A DNA stretch of 64,000 bases. Source: a virus. Its lineage: Duplodnaviria > Caudoviricetes. Made by a program: the position numbers and the translations under genes. Below are positions 46,965 to 55,668 of this stretch, one piece after another; positions within the stretch are counted from its first letter, which is position 1; each line of letters starts with the position of its first letter. The stretch spans positions 1 through 64,000 of the IMG/VR virus record IMGVR_UViG_3300025890_003315. One strand, 5' to 3'. The notes beneath the pieces are model-generated. The model saw only the letters and a list, made by a program, of their open reading frames with translations, ran no database searches and was not told the origin of the DNA.

Positions 46965-47959
46965 AAAAAGTTACAATAACAGACTCAAGCTTGAGAGACG
47001 GGAATCATAGCGTCAAACACACTATAAGCTTAGACAGTATAGAAAAATATTGTAAATTTGCTGATAACGCAGGAATACCAATCGTTGAAGTTGGACACGG
47101 CAATGGCCTAGCAGCGTCTTCCCTATTGATAGGGAAATCTCCTAACACAGACGAAGAAATGTTGACTGTAGCAAGAAAAAATTTAAAAAATTCTAAATTA
47201 GGAATACATACGATACCGGGGTTATCTACAATTGACGATATTAAGCTTGCGATTAACTGCGGGGTAGATGTTTTTAGAGTCGCTACGCATTGTACTGAAG
47301 CAACACTATCGAAGACCCATATAGAGTACCTTAAAAAAAATGAAAGGACTGTCTATGGAGTTTTAATGATGACCCCTTTAGCAAGCTCAGACGAATTAGT
47401 TGAACAAGCTAAAATTATGGAAAGCTATGGAGCAGAAGCGGTAATCATAATGGATTCAACTGGAACATATTTGCCAAATAACGTAAAAGAAAGGATTGAG
47501 AAGCTCAAAGCATCTACCAATATCAGAATAGGGTTCCATGCTCACAACAACTTAGGCTGCGCAATTAGTAACTCTTTAATAGCAGCAGAATGTGGAGCAG
47601 ATTTAATTGACGCATGTATTCGCGGGTTTGGAGCGGGGGCAGGAAACGCCGCTTTAGAAGTGTTACTGCCAGTATTGGAAAAAAGTGGTTTTGAAACTGG
47701 AATTTGCTTTAAGCAGACAATAAAAGAAGCGGATAGCGCAATGGATTATTTGGTTACCAAAGTCCCATTAGTAAGTCCGATTAATATACTGACAGGGTTA
47801 GCTAAATTATTTTCTGGATTCGAAAAGCCAATCATTAAAGCGTCAAAACTATATGGCATAGAATACTCTTCTTTGATATTTGAGCTAGGCAATAGAAAAC
47901 TAGTCGCAGGACAAGAAGACTTAATTTTAGAGATAGCTCAAAAACTAAAAACAAAATGA
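46961..47959 (+). CDS. mhpE: 4-hydroxy-2-oxovalerate aldolase, DmpG/MhpE family
   Basis: DSSLRDGNH, EVGHGNGL, ATHCTEA, GFHAHNNLG, GAGAGN, VAGQED. Confidence 0.95.
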   Translation: MKKVTITDSSLRDGNHSVKHTISLDSIEKYCKFADNAGIPIVEVGHGNGLAASSLLIGKSPNTDEEMLTVARKNLKNSKLGIHTIPGLSTIDDIKLAINCGVDVFRVATHCTEATLSKTHIEYLKKNERTVYGVLMMTPLASSDELVEQAKIMESYGAEAVIIMDSTGTYLPNNVKERIEKLKASTNIRIGFHAHNNLGCAISNSLIAAECGADLIDACIRGFGAGAGNAALEVLLPVLEKSGFETGICFKQTIKEADSAMDYLVTKVPLVSPINILTGLAKLFSGFEKPIIKASKLYGIEYSSLIFELGNRKLVAGQEDLILEIAQKLKTK

Positions 47960-48732
47960 GAGTATTAATAACAGGCGGCGGCGGATATATCGCTAAATCT
48001 ATTCACGCAGCACTGAAGGATAATTATGTTATAGTTAACCCAAACAGACAAGAACTTGATTTAACCTGCAACCACTCGATTAAAAGTTTTTTTGATAAAC
48101 ATGGATATTTTGACGCTGTTATTCATACTGCAATAAAAGGAGGAAGCAGACTAAATGTGGATGATTGGTCTGTTTTAGACACTAATCTTTCGATGTATTA
48201 CAACCTATGTTCCAAAGAAAGGCATTTTAACAAGTTTATTAACATAGGATCAGGCGCAGAAATTTACTCCCCAGACACTCCTTATGGACTCAGTAAAAAA
48301 GCGATAGCTAAATCCATAGAATCGAAAAGCAATAAATATATAAATCTTAGGATATTTGCGGTTTTTGATGAAAATGAGCTTGACACAAGATTCATAAAGG
48401 CTAATATTAAACGAGCAATAAACGGCGAACCATTAGAAGTATACGAAGATAAGTATATGGATTTCTTTTACATGGAAGATTTTATAAAAGTGATCAAAGC
48501 TATTCTAAATTATAAAAATCATCAAAAAGAAATAAACTGCGTCTATGAAAAAAAATATAAACTTTCCGAAATAGCAAGCACAATAAATAACTTAAGTACT
48601 CATAAAGTGCCGATTTCTATTGCTCAACGTCAATCAGAAAATTATACCGGAGACTTTAATTTATCAATTCCTTATGTCGGTATGGAAAAAGGGATTGAGA
48701 TAGTTTACAAAAAAATGATTACTCAACAATGA
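47956..48732 (+). CDS. NAD-dependent epimerase/reductase (extended SDR)
   Basis: ITGGGGYIA, GSGAE, YGLSK. Confidence 0.85.
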   Translation: MRVLITGGGGYIAKSIHAALKDNYVIVNPNRQELDLTCNHSIKSFFDKHGYFDAVIHTAIKGGSRLNVDDWSVLDTNLSMYYNLCSKERHFNKFINIGSGAEIYSPDTPYGLSKKAIAKSIESKSNKYINLRIFAVFDENELDTRFIKANIKRAINGEPLEVYEDKYMDFFYMEDFIKVIKAILNYKNHQKEINCVYEKKYKLSEIASTINNLSTHKVPISIAQRQSENYTGDFNLSIPYVGMEKGIEIVYKKMITQQ

Positions 48733-48881
48733 AAATTTCCGTTTGTTATTTTTTGCATGACGAAGCTGACCTTATTGAAGAATCTTTGGCCAGTATATTC
48801 AATTTAACTAAATATGATATTCATTTATCTATTTATCTAACCTCTGGAATATTCAATACAAAAATAAAACTTAACCTATAA
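48729..48881 (+). pseudogene. Truncated GT2-like glycosyltransferase N-terminus
   Basis: ATGA-coupled 50-aa ORF, MKISVCYFLHDEADLIEESLASI..., matches the start of GT2 enzymes and then stops. Confidence 0.5.
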
Positions 48882-48891
48882 TACAAATGAC

Positions 48892-49797
48892 ATGATATAC
48901 GACTGTTTTTTATTTTTTAACGAAAATGATTTACTTGAAGTAAGACTAAATCAGCATAATAAATTTGTAGATAAATTTATTATCGTAGAAGCAGCAGAGA
49001 CGCATACTGGAATCAAGAAAGATTTGTGTTTCGATCATAAAAGATTTGAGAGGTTCTCTGATAAAATTATTTATAGATCTATTCATTCATTTGAAGATGA
49101 AATCAAAAAAAATCCAAATTTAATATCACAAAATATATCAAATTTCATAACCCCGCAAAAACAATTGAATCATCAAGATTGGATCAGGGATAATTTTCAA
49201 GCGGAATATATAACAAAAACGCTACTTGAACAAAATCCAAATCAAGAAGATATAGTATTATTTAGCTGTTTAGATGAAATTTTAAACGAAGAAGCTTTTA
49301 TAGAGTGCCTATCAGTATTTAGCACTAATCAAAAGTTTTTTTTAAAATCAAAAATATTCAATAAATACGTTTTAGAAAAAAAGGTCGATCCTGTATTTTC
49401 ATTTGTTTTAGATACTTATGCTTATAAACTTAATTTGTTCCATAAACAAGTTCCAGTTGGAACCATGACAAAAGTTTCTAATCTAGCTTTTATGAAATGG
49501 ACTGAATTGAGATATTTCGCTTGCACAACGCATGAATTCATAGAAAACGCTGGATGGCACTTTACATTTTTAGACAACACAGATGGCGAAAAAGCGTTGA
49601 TGAAATATAAAAGCTGGGCGCATTCAAAAGACATTTCTTCAAATAGAAAAAGATATTTTGATATACAAACAAAGGAAGAAGCAGTAAACACTGTATTTAA
49701 AGATTATAATTTAAAAAAAGTAAACATCACAAAACAAAGCTACCCTAAATTTATAATTGAAAATTTAGAATTTTTCTCAGATTACATATACAAATAA
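48892..49797 (+). CDS. Glycosyltransferase GT17-like
   Basis: IYDCFLFFNENDLLEVRL...VDKFIIVEA, WIRDNFQ, SCLDEI, AGWHFTF. Confidence 0.85.
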   Translation: MIYDCFLFFNENDLLEVRLNQHNKFVDKFIIVEAAETHTGIKKDLCFDHKRFERFSDKIIYRSIHSFEDEIKKNPNLISQNISNFITPQKQLNHQDWIRDNFQAEYITKTLLEQNPNQEDIVLFSCLDEILNEEAFIECLSVFSTNQKFFLKSKIFNKYVLEKKVDPVFSFVLDTYAYKLNLFHKQVPVGTMTKVSNLAFMKWTELRYFACTTHEFIENAGWHFTFLDNTDGEKALMKYKSWAHSKDISSNRKRYFDIQTKEEAVNTVFKDYNLKKVNITKQSYPKFIIENLEFFSDYIYK

Positions 49798-49798
49798 A

Positions 49799-50182
49799 AT
49801 GATAAACGTATTTACAAATGGGTGTTTCGATGTAATACACGTTGCTCTCATCAGACTTCTTGAATTTGCAAAGAAACAGGGAGATCATTTAATAGTCGGA
49901 CTCAATAGTGACCGAAGCGTAAAGTCCCTAAAAGGAAACGGGCGACCGTTTTTTCATGAACAAGACAGGAAAGAGTTCTTAGAATCTATTCGTTTTGTTG
50001 ATGAGGTCATTATTTTCAATGAAGAAACTCCATACGAGTTGATAAAAAAGCTTAGGCCAGATATAATTATCAAAGGTGGTGATTATAAAGACGAAGATGT
50101 AGTCGGATCTGACATCGCTAAAGTAGTAATTTTTCCATTTGAAAATGGCTATTCTACTTCAAATATATTAAAAGATAAATGA
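49799..50182 (+). CDS. RfaE/HldC-type nucleotidyltransferase with degenerate HxGH motif
   Basis: FTNGCFDVIHVAL, LIVGLNSDRSV...KG..RP, KGGDY, GYSTS. Confidence 0.85.
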   Translation: MINVFTNGCFDVIHVALIRLLEFAKKQGDHLIVGLNSDRSVKSLKGNGRPFFHEQDRKEFLESIRFVDEVIIFNEETPYELIKKLRPDIIIKGGDYKDEDVVGSDIAKVVIFPFENGYSTSNILKDK

Positions 50183-50757
50183 AAAATATTATTCACATTG
50201 GATGCAATGATGGAAATGACCATGTTTTTAAATTTGTTTGCGAAAATAAAAAAGACATTGGCGAAATAATTTTGATCGACGCTAACTTTAATGTAATTTC
50301 AAAAGCTAGAGAAACATACAAGGAAATTAAGAACACAACATTTTTAAATTTAGCGATTACCCCAATTGATATAAACGGTTGCGAAATCGAAATATTTACT
50401 CCAATCACAGATGACTCATCAAATTTTGTTTCTGTAAATAGGGATTTTGTTAGAGCGCACGTTCACCATAATAATATACTTTCGACAAAAGTAAGAACCA
50501 TGAGTCTGCAAAATTTAATCGACCAATACAAAGATACAACCCATTTGTTCTTAGATACAGAAGGTCTTGACGTACTCAACGTATTTAGCGTGGACTTCGA
50601 TAAAAATAAGATCGAGGAATTAACTTTTGAATACATACACTCTGATGGAATCGTAAGACACGGCAAAAGGCTAAATTCATTGCTAGGGTATCTTGAACAA
50701 TTTGGGTTTTCGTTTGAAGTTGTACAATACAATGTAATAGCTAAAAGAAAAACGTGA
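50179..50757 (+). CDS. FkbM-family methyltransferase
   Basis: IHIGCNDG, IDAN, NLAIT, LFLDTEGLD. Confidence 0.75.
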   Translation: MKNIIHIGCNDGNDHVFKFVCENKKDIGEIILIDANFNVISKARETYKEIKNTTFLNLAITPIDINGCEIEIFTPITDDSSNFVSVNRDFVRAHVHHNNILSTKVRTMSLQNLIDQYKDTTHLFLDTEGLDVLNVFSVDFDKNKIEELTFEYIHSDGIVRHGKRLNSLLGYLEQFGFSFEVVQYNVIAKRKT

Positions 50758-51821
50758 AAAAAATAATCATCACAGGAATTTTAGGTCAAGACGGCGCGAA
50801 CATGGCAGAATACCTTCTGTCTTTGTATGATGAACTCGGTCTTGAAGAACATGATTATGAGATTTATGGCATGATGCGTAGATCTGCAAACCCAAATTTT
50901 AAAAACATCGAAAAAATTAAAAATCATCCAAGATTCAATTTACAGTTCCTTGATCTTGGTGATAGCGCAAGTATTGATACAGCAGTAAAAGAGATTCAGT
51001 CAGATTATTTTATTAATTTTGCCGCAAATAGTTTTGTTGGTATCAGTTGGAAAATGCCAGAGCAAGTTATGAATGTAAACGCTCTTGGTGTTTTGCGCTG
51101 CCTTGAAGCCATTCGCAAATTCAAACCAGATTGCCGATTTTACAGCGCAGGTTCAAGTGAAGAATGGGGCAATGTCGATTATAGCCCACAAGACATCGCT
51201 CATCCAATCAAGCCTCGTAGCCCTTATGGCGCGTCAAAAGCGGCAGCAAGACATCTTGTAAAGGTTTACAGAGAGTCCTACGGTCTCTATGCTGTTCACG
51301 GTATCCTCTTTAACCACGAAGGAACAAAGCGTGGAGAAGAATTTGTAACAAGAAAAATTTCAAAAGGAGTAGCTAGAATCAAAAACTCTATTGATAGAGC
51401 TATTGGGCTTGGAGATGAAATTTATATTGAACCAATCGAACTTGGAAATCTTGACGCAAAAAGAGACTGGTCAGATTCCAGAGACTTCGTAGAAGGTGTT
51501 TGGTTAATGCTCAATCAAGATACCCCAAAAGATCACATTCTAGCAAGTGGAGAAACACATAGCATCAGAGAATTTGTCGAAAAAGCTTTTGCTGTTGCTG
51601 GAATCAATGGATCTTGGCACGGACAAGGTCTCGATGAGGTATTTGTGACTGGTCAACAAACTTTAGTACGAATCAATTCAGATTTTTACAGACCGGCAGA
51701 AGTTGATCTTCTTTTGGGTGATTCAACCCCAATACGCGAAGAACTTGAATGGGAGCCGAAAATTTCATTTGACAAATTGGTAGAATCGATGGTACTATAT
51801 GACATCGAGAACCATGCCTGA
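50754..51821 (+). CDS. gmd: GDP-mannose 4,6-dehydratase
   Basis: ITGILGQDG, PRSPYGASK, GILFNHEG..RGEEFVTRKI, LGNLDAKRDW, RPAEVDLLLGD. Confidence 0.96.
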   Translation: MKKIIITGILGQDGANMAEYLLSLYDELGLEEHDYEIYGMMRRSANPNFKNIEKIKNHPRFNLQFLDLGDSASIDTAVKEIQSDYFINFAANSFVGISWKMPEQVMNVNALGVLRCLEAIRKFKPDCRFYSAGSSEEWGNVDYSPQDIAHPIKPRSPYGASKAAARHLVKVYRESYGLYAVHGILFNHEGTKRGEEFVTRKISKGVARIKNSIDRAIGLGDEIYIEPIELGNLDAKRDWSDSRDFVEGVWLMLNQDTPKDHILASGETHSIREFVEKAFAVAGINGSWHGQGLDEVFVTGQQTLVRINSDFYRPAEVDLLLGDSTPIREELEWEPKISFDKLVESMVLYDIENHA

Positions 51822-52335
51822 TTACGAGATAGTAACACGACAACAAGCCAATAAATTTCTGGCGTACGTAAAAGGCGACTCTACCGTACAAACAAACCAT
51901 CTACTTTTCTCCGTAGAAAGCTCTCTTTCTGTCCAGAAAGACAAGCTGCTGCAAACTGAACTTTATTACGATAAAGAGTCTGGTTTGATGGATGAGCCAG
52001 TCGCCAAATCTTTTTTTGAAATAGAAAAGAATATTGCGATGTGCCAGATTTTAAAACTGGGACTGAATAGTCTTCCTGTGCAGAAAAGTAGGCCAAAGCT
52101 TTTTGTAAAAGCGTTTCCAGATGCATGTAGGCAATTAGTGAAACTCTTTGATCTCAAAGAAACAGAATCCGAATTACTCTACGCTAAAAAGCTTCTTTCA
52201 GAATATAAGAAACCAAAGCTTTGGAGCCAAATGGTAGCGGACAATCCAGAGTTAAAAATAAGAACATTGAGTTTCTTTTTTGACGGGGCAGGTAAAAAGT
52301 TTTTAGAAAAGCAGATTAAGAAATACGAATTATGA
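51799..52335 (+). CDS. Hypothetical protein
   Basis: 178-aa ORF overlapping gmd and recA. Confidence 0.55.
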   Translation: MTSRTMPDYEIVTRQQANKFLAYVKGDSTVQTNHLLFSVESSLSVQKDKLLQTELYYDKESGLMDEPVAKSFFEIEKNIAMCQILKLGLNSLPVQKSRPKLFVKAFPDACRQLVKLFDLKETESELLYAKKLLSEYKKPKLWSQMVADNPELKIRTLSFFFDGAGKKFLEKQIKKYEL

Positions 52336-53420
52336 ATAATGTAAAAGAAAAACTAGATAGCATTCTCAAGCAAAAAGATAAAAAAGACCACGTTTATAAC
52401 TTTGTAAAAGAAGTTGATTACAGAGTTTCTAGTGGCAGCTTGAAGTTAGATATTGAAATGGAAGGTGGTCTTGGCCCCGGCTTGGCTAGGTTTTCCGGTG
52501 GCACGGAATCAGGAAAGACTTCTTGTGCGCTTACTTTCGCAAAGTATCATCAAGAAACAGTCGAAAACGGTTTTGTTGTATATTTTAAAGCCGAAGGGCG
52601 ACTGAGCAAAAAGATGCTTGAAAGGCACGGTTTGAACCCAGAAAAGCTGTACGTTGTTGAAACCAATGTTTACGAAGTTGTTATCGACACAATGCGTGAA
52701 CTTGTAAACAACAATCCAGAAGAAACCAAGTATTTTTTTATTATTGACAGTGTAGATGGATGCATAAGAAAAGAGGATCTCGACAAAGGTACTCAAGAAG
52801 CTGTAAAAGTAGCTGGTGGAGCATTGCTTACTTCTGAATTTTTGAAACGCATGACCCTAAAACTCGGAAAGCTCGGTCATGTGTGCATTTTGATTCATCA
52901 AAACAGAAGCAAGATTCAACTCAATCAATACGAAAAGAAAGACCCGAATAACATCACTCAAAGTTCTGGCGGCAATGCTGGTTTGCATTATTCAGATTGG
53001 ATTTTTGAGTTTATGGACAAAAACACCGAAAGCTGTAGAATTAGAGGCCCAAAATCAGAATCTGCTGATGCAGATCCAAAGGGTGAAATCATTGGTCATT
53101 TTTGCAGAATCATTTTCAAGAAAAGTCCAAATGAAAAAACCAACAAGACTGTAAGCTATCCAGTAAGATATGGCACCAAAGGCGGTAACACTGTTTGGGT
53201 GGAATATGAAATTTTACAGGTTTTACAGCAATTTGGATTCTTGAATAAAAGTGGTGCTTGGTTTAAGTTTGATGAAGACGCCCTTGAGCAACTTGAAAAA
53301 GCTGGAATCAAAGATGTCAAAAATCAGTTTCAAGGTGAAGCCAACGCTTTGGCATACTTGTCAGAAAGAAAGGACTTAGTGGATTATTATTATGAGCATT
53401 TTAAGACTACATTTTCATGA
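52332..53420 (+). CDS. recA: RecA/UvsX-like recombinase
   Basis: SSGSLKLD, GGTESGKT Walker A, IIDSVD Walker B, SGGNAGLHYS, KSGAWF. Confidence 0.9.
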   Translation: MNNVKEKLDSILKQKDKKDHVYNFVKEVDYRVSSGSLKLDIEMEGGLGPGLARFSGGTESGKTSCALTFAKYHQETVENGFVVYFKAEGRLSKKMLERHGLNPEKLYVVETNVYEVVIDTMRELVNNNPEETKYFFIIDSVDGCIRKEDLDKGTQEAVKVAGGALLTSEFLKRMTLKLGKLGHVCILIHQNRSKIQLNQYEKKDPNNITQSSGGNAGLHYSDWIFEFMDKNTESCRIRGPKSESADADPKGEIIGHFCRIIFKKSPNEKTNKTVSYPVRYGTKGGNTVWVEYEILQVLQQFGFLNKSGAWFKFDEDALEQLEKAGIKDVKNQFQGEANALAYLSERKDLVDYYYEHFKTTFS

Positions 53421-53833
53421 GACTGTATAATGTAAGAGGTAGGTTAACAAATAAAAATGTTAGTCCATACATCATAAATTGGAACGCAGATTCACGATCA
53501 AAAATGCAAAAACAAGTCAAAGATTTTTTGCGTGAATTTTGGTCTGGCTGCGTGGTTTATGAAGAGTTCCCGGTTTACGGTACTCGACTCAAGGTTGATA
53601 TCCTAAATGCCTCTAGAATGCAAGCTGTAGAAGTTCATGGGGACCAACACATCAAGTTCAACAAATTCTTTCATAGTAACTCAAGAGAAAATTATTTAAA
53701 TTCTATTTCTAGAGACACGCAAAAATATGAGTGGCTAGAAGCTAACAGCTTTAAGGTGATTGAAATATATCAAAAAGATATAAAAAAATTATCAAAAGAT
53801 TGGTTCGAACATAAGTTTGGCGTTTTACTTTAA
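53417..53833 (+). CDS. DUF559/Vsr-like endonuclease
   Basis: YEEFPV...LKVDIL...AVEVHGDQH...DTQKYEWLEAN. Confidence 0.65.
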   Translation: MRLYNVRGRLTNKNVSPYIINWNADSRSKMQKQVKDFLREFWSGCVVYEEFPVYGTRLKVDILNASRMQAVEVHGDQHIKFNKFFHSNSRENYLNSISRDTQKYEWLEANSFKVIEIYQKDIKKLSKDWFEHKFGVLL

Positions 53834-53850
53834 CTTGTGTAAAATATTTT

Positions 53851-54123
53851 GTGGAGAAATTTATATTTCCAAAAGCAGTTTTAGAACAAGTGAACGAATG
53901 TTCAAACGGTGGTTTTGTCTTGTTCAATTTTGATATAGATAAAAACCCTCAAATTTTTTCTAACTTTGATGACTCAATGTCCGCTTTAGCTTTGCAAAGC
54001 TATATCGATATTTGTAGCAAGACTTTTCAAAAGATGAATTATCAAATAGCCATGAGCGAAGCTTCTTCTCCACCTTCTAGCGAAGATTGTGACGACGATG
54101 ACAAGGACGACGAAGTTTCTTGA
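53851..54123 (+). CDS. Hypothetical protein with acidic tail
   Basis: GTG start 8 nt after GTGTAA. Confidence 0.6.
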   Translation: MEKFIFPKAVLEQVNECSNGGFVLFNFDIDKNPQIFSNFDDSMSALALQSYIDICSKTFQKMNYQIAMSEASSPPSSEDCDDDDKDDEVS

Positions 54124-54156
54124 CTTTTTCCCAAAAGTCGCTCATACTACATCTTC

Positions 54157-55668
54157 ATGACTAGTTTGTACTCCCAAAAGCTTGAGAGACACGTTTTATC
54201 TGGAGCTATCAAAAATCCAGAGACATTCGCTGAGATCGACAGCTTGATTTCTGAAAAAGACTTCTATTTCAAGATTCATGAAGTTATTTTCAAGCTTGTA
54301 CGAGAAAAACTGATCAAAGGTGAGACCGTTGATCAAGTAATTTTATCTCAAAAAATTCAAAATCTTGGAGTGTCATTCAATGACATTTCGGATATTCCTG
54401 CTTATGTAGAAAACGTCTGCTTCATCAAGCCGTCTAAAAAGGCTGCTGTAGAAGCCGCAAGCGAGCTTAAAAAGCTTTCTGTCAAGAGAGAGTTATGTAC
54501 CACCTTAGAGAAAGCCAAAGCAACTGTATCTAAATCTGGAAACAAAGATTTGGACAAGATTGTTGCCGAAGCAGATGCTTTATACAATTCTACTGCTCTT
54601 AAGTTTGATTTAAATGATGCCCCCAAAAACATCTTTGCGAATCTAAAAGACCAAATTATAGATAGAGCAAATAATCCAGTTGACGACACTGGATTAAAAA
54701 CTCCTTTTCCTGAATTTAATAGAATGTACGGAGGACTTAGATCTGGAAATCTTTATGCAATTGCATCAAGACCGGGACAAGGAAAGTCGAGTTTCTTGAT
54801 GAGCCTTGGGGTTAATGTATCTAGAATTAATAATTGCCATGTTTTATATCTTGATACCGAGATGAGCAATGCAGAGCAGCAATTTAGGCTCGCTGCATCG
54901 TTGTCTGGTGTTCCTCTTTGGTATCTTGAAACTGGAAAATGGAAAACGAATGATGAATACAGAGAAAAGGTAGAAGAAAGTTTTTCTAAATTCAATGATT
55001 CTAAATTTTATCATTTTGAAGCTGGCAACAAAGATGTTGATGAAATTATTTCTGTTATCAGAAGATGGCATCTCCAAAGAATCAAAAAAAACGAAAAGTG
55101 CATGATTATTTATGATTATGTAAAAATGACAGGAGAAAGAGTTGGTCAAAACTGGGCAGAACATCAAGCTATTGGAGACAAAATTGATAAGTTGAAAAAG
55201 ATCTCTGAAGAAATCAATGCCCCACTTTTCACGGCGATTCAGTTGAACCGTAGTGGTGAAAACCAAAACAGGAGAGGCTCTGATATTGTTGATGATAGCT
55301 CTGCTATTTCACTGTCAGACAGACTACAGTGGTTTGCTAGCTTTGTTGCTATTTTTAGGCGCAAAACGCTTGACGAGATTGCTTCAGATGGAGAGCAGTT
55401 TGGTACTCACAAATTAGTTCCCACAAAAACTAGATTTCAAGGACAAGATGCTGCTGGGCATCAAGATTTAGTTAGAAGACGAGTAGAAGAAATAGTAAGA
55501 GGTGAACCCACTACAGTTGAAAGATGGTGTCTTAACTTTTTGAATTTCAACATCGACAATTTTAATGTGGTCGAACAAGGATCACTTCGTGATATAGTAG
55601 AATTTGAAGACGGTAGAGTAAATATAAGTCAACCACTCAACGATATGGAGGAAACACTTGGAGACTAA
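54157..55668 (+). CDS. dnaB: Replicative DNA helicase (DnaB family)
   Basis: GLRSGNLYAIASRPGQGKS, DTEM, IIYDYVK, AIQLNR, KTRFQG. Confidence 0.93.
   Translation: MTSLYSQKLERHVLSGAIKNPETFAEIDSLISEKDFYFKIHEVIFKLVREKLIKGETVDQVILSQKIQNLGVSFNDISDIPAYVENVCFIKPSKKAAVEAASELKKLSVKRELCTTLEKAKATVSKSGNKDLDKIVAEADALYNSTALKFDLNDAPKNIFANLKDQIIDRANNPVDDTGLKTPFPEFNRMYGGLRSGNLYAIASRPGQGKSSFLMSLGVNVSRINNCHVLYLDTEMSNAEQQFRLAASLSGVPLWYLETGKWKTNDEYREKVEESFSKFNDSKFYHFEAGNKDVDEIISVIRRWHLQRIKKNEKCMIIYDYVKMTGERVGQNWAEHQAIGDKIDKLKKISEEINAPLFTAIQLNRSGENQNRRGSDIVDDSSAISLSDRLQWFASFVAIFRRKTLDEIASDGEQFGTHKLVPTKTRFQGQDAAGHQDLVRRRVEEIVRGEPTTVERWCLNFLNFNIDNFNVVEQGSLRDIVEFEDGRVNISQPLNDMEETLGD

Noticed and set aside
46101-47959. 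Aromatic meta-cleavage catabolism as an auxiliary metabolic function
   Set aside because: No dioxygenase, hydrolase or hydratase is present, and the genes are coupled within a nucleotide-sugar operon.
39769-51821. Host chromosomal LPS locus flanking a prophage
   Set aside because: It is co-oriented and overlap-coupled into phage-type recA/dnaB genes, with no wzx/wzy/waaL, integrase or housekeeping genes. A chimera cannot be fully excluded without reads.
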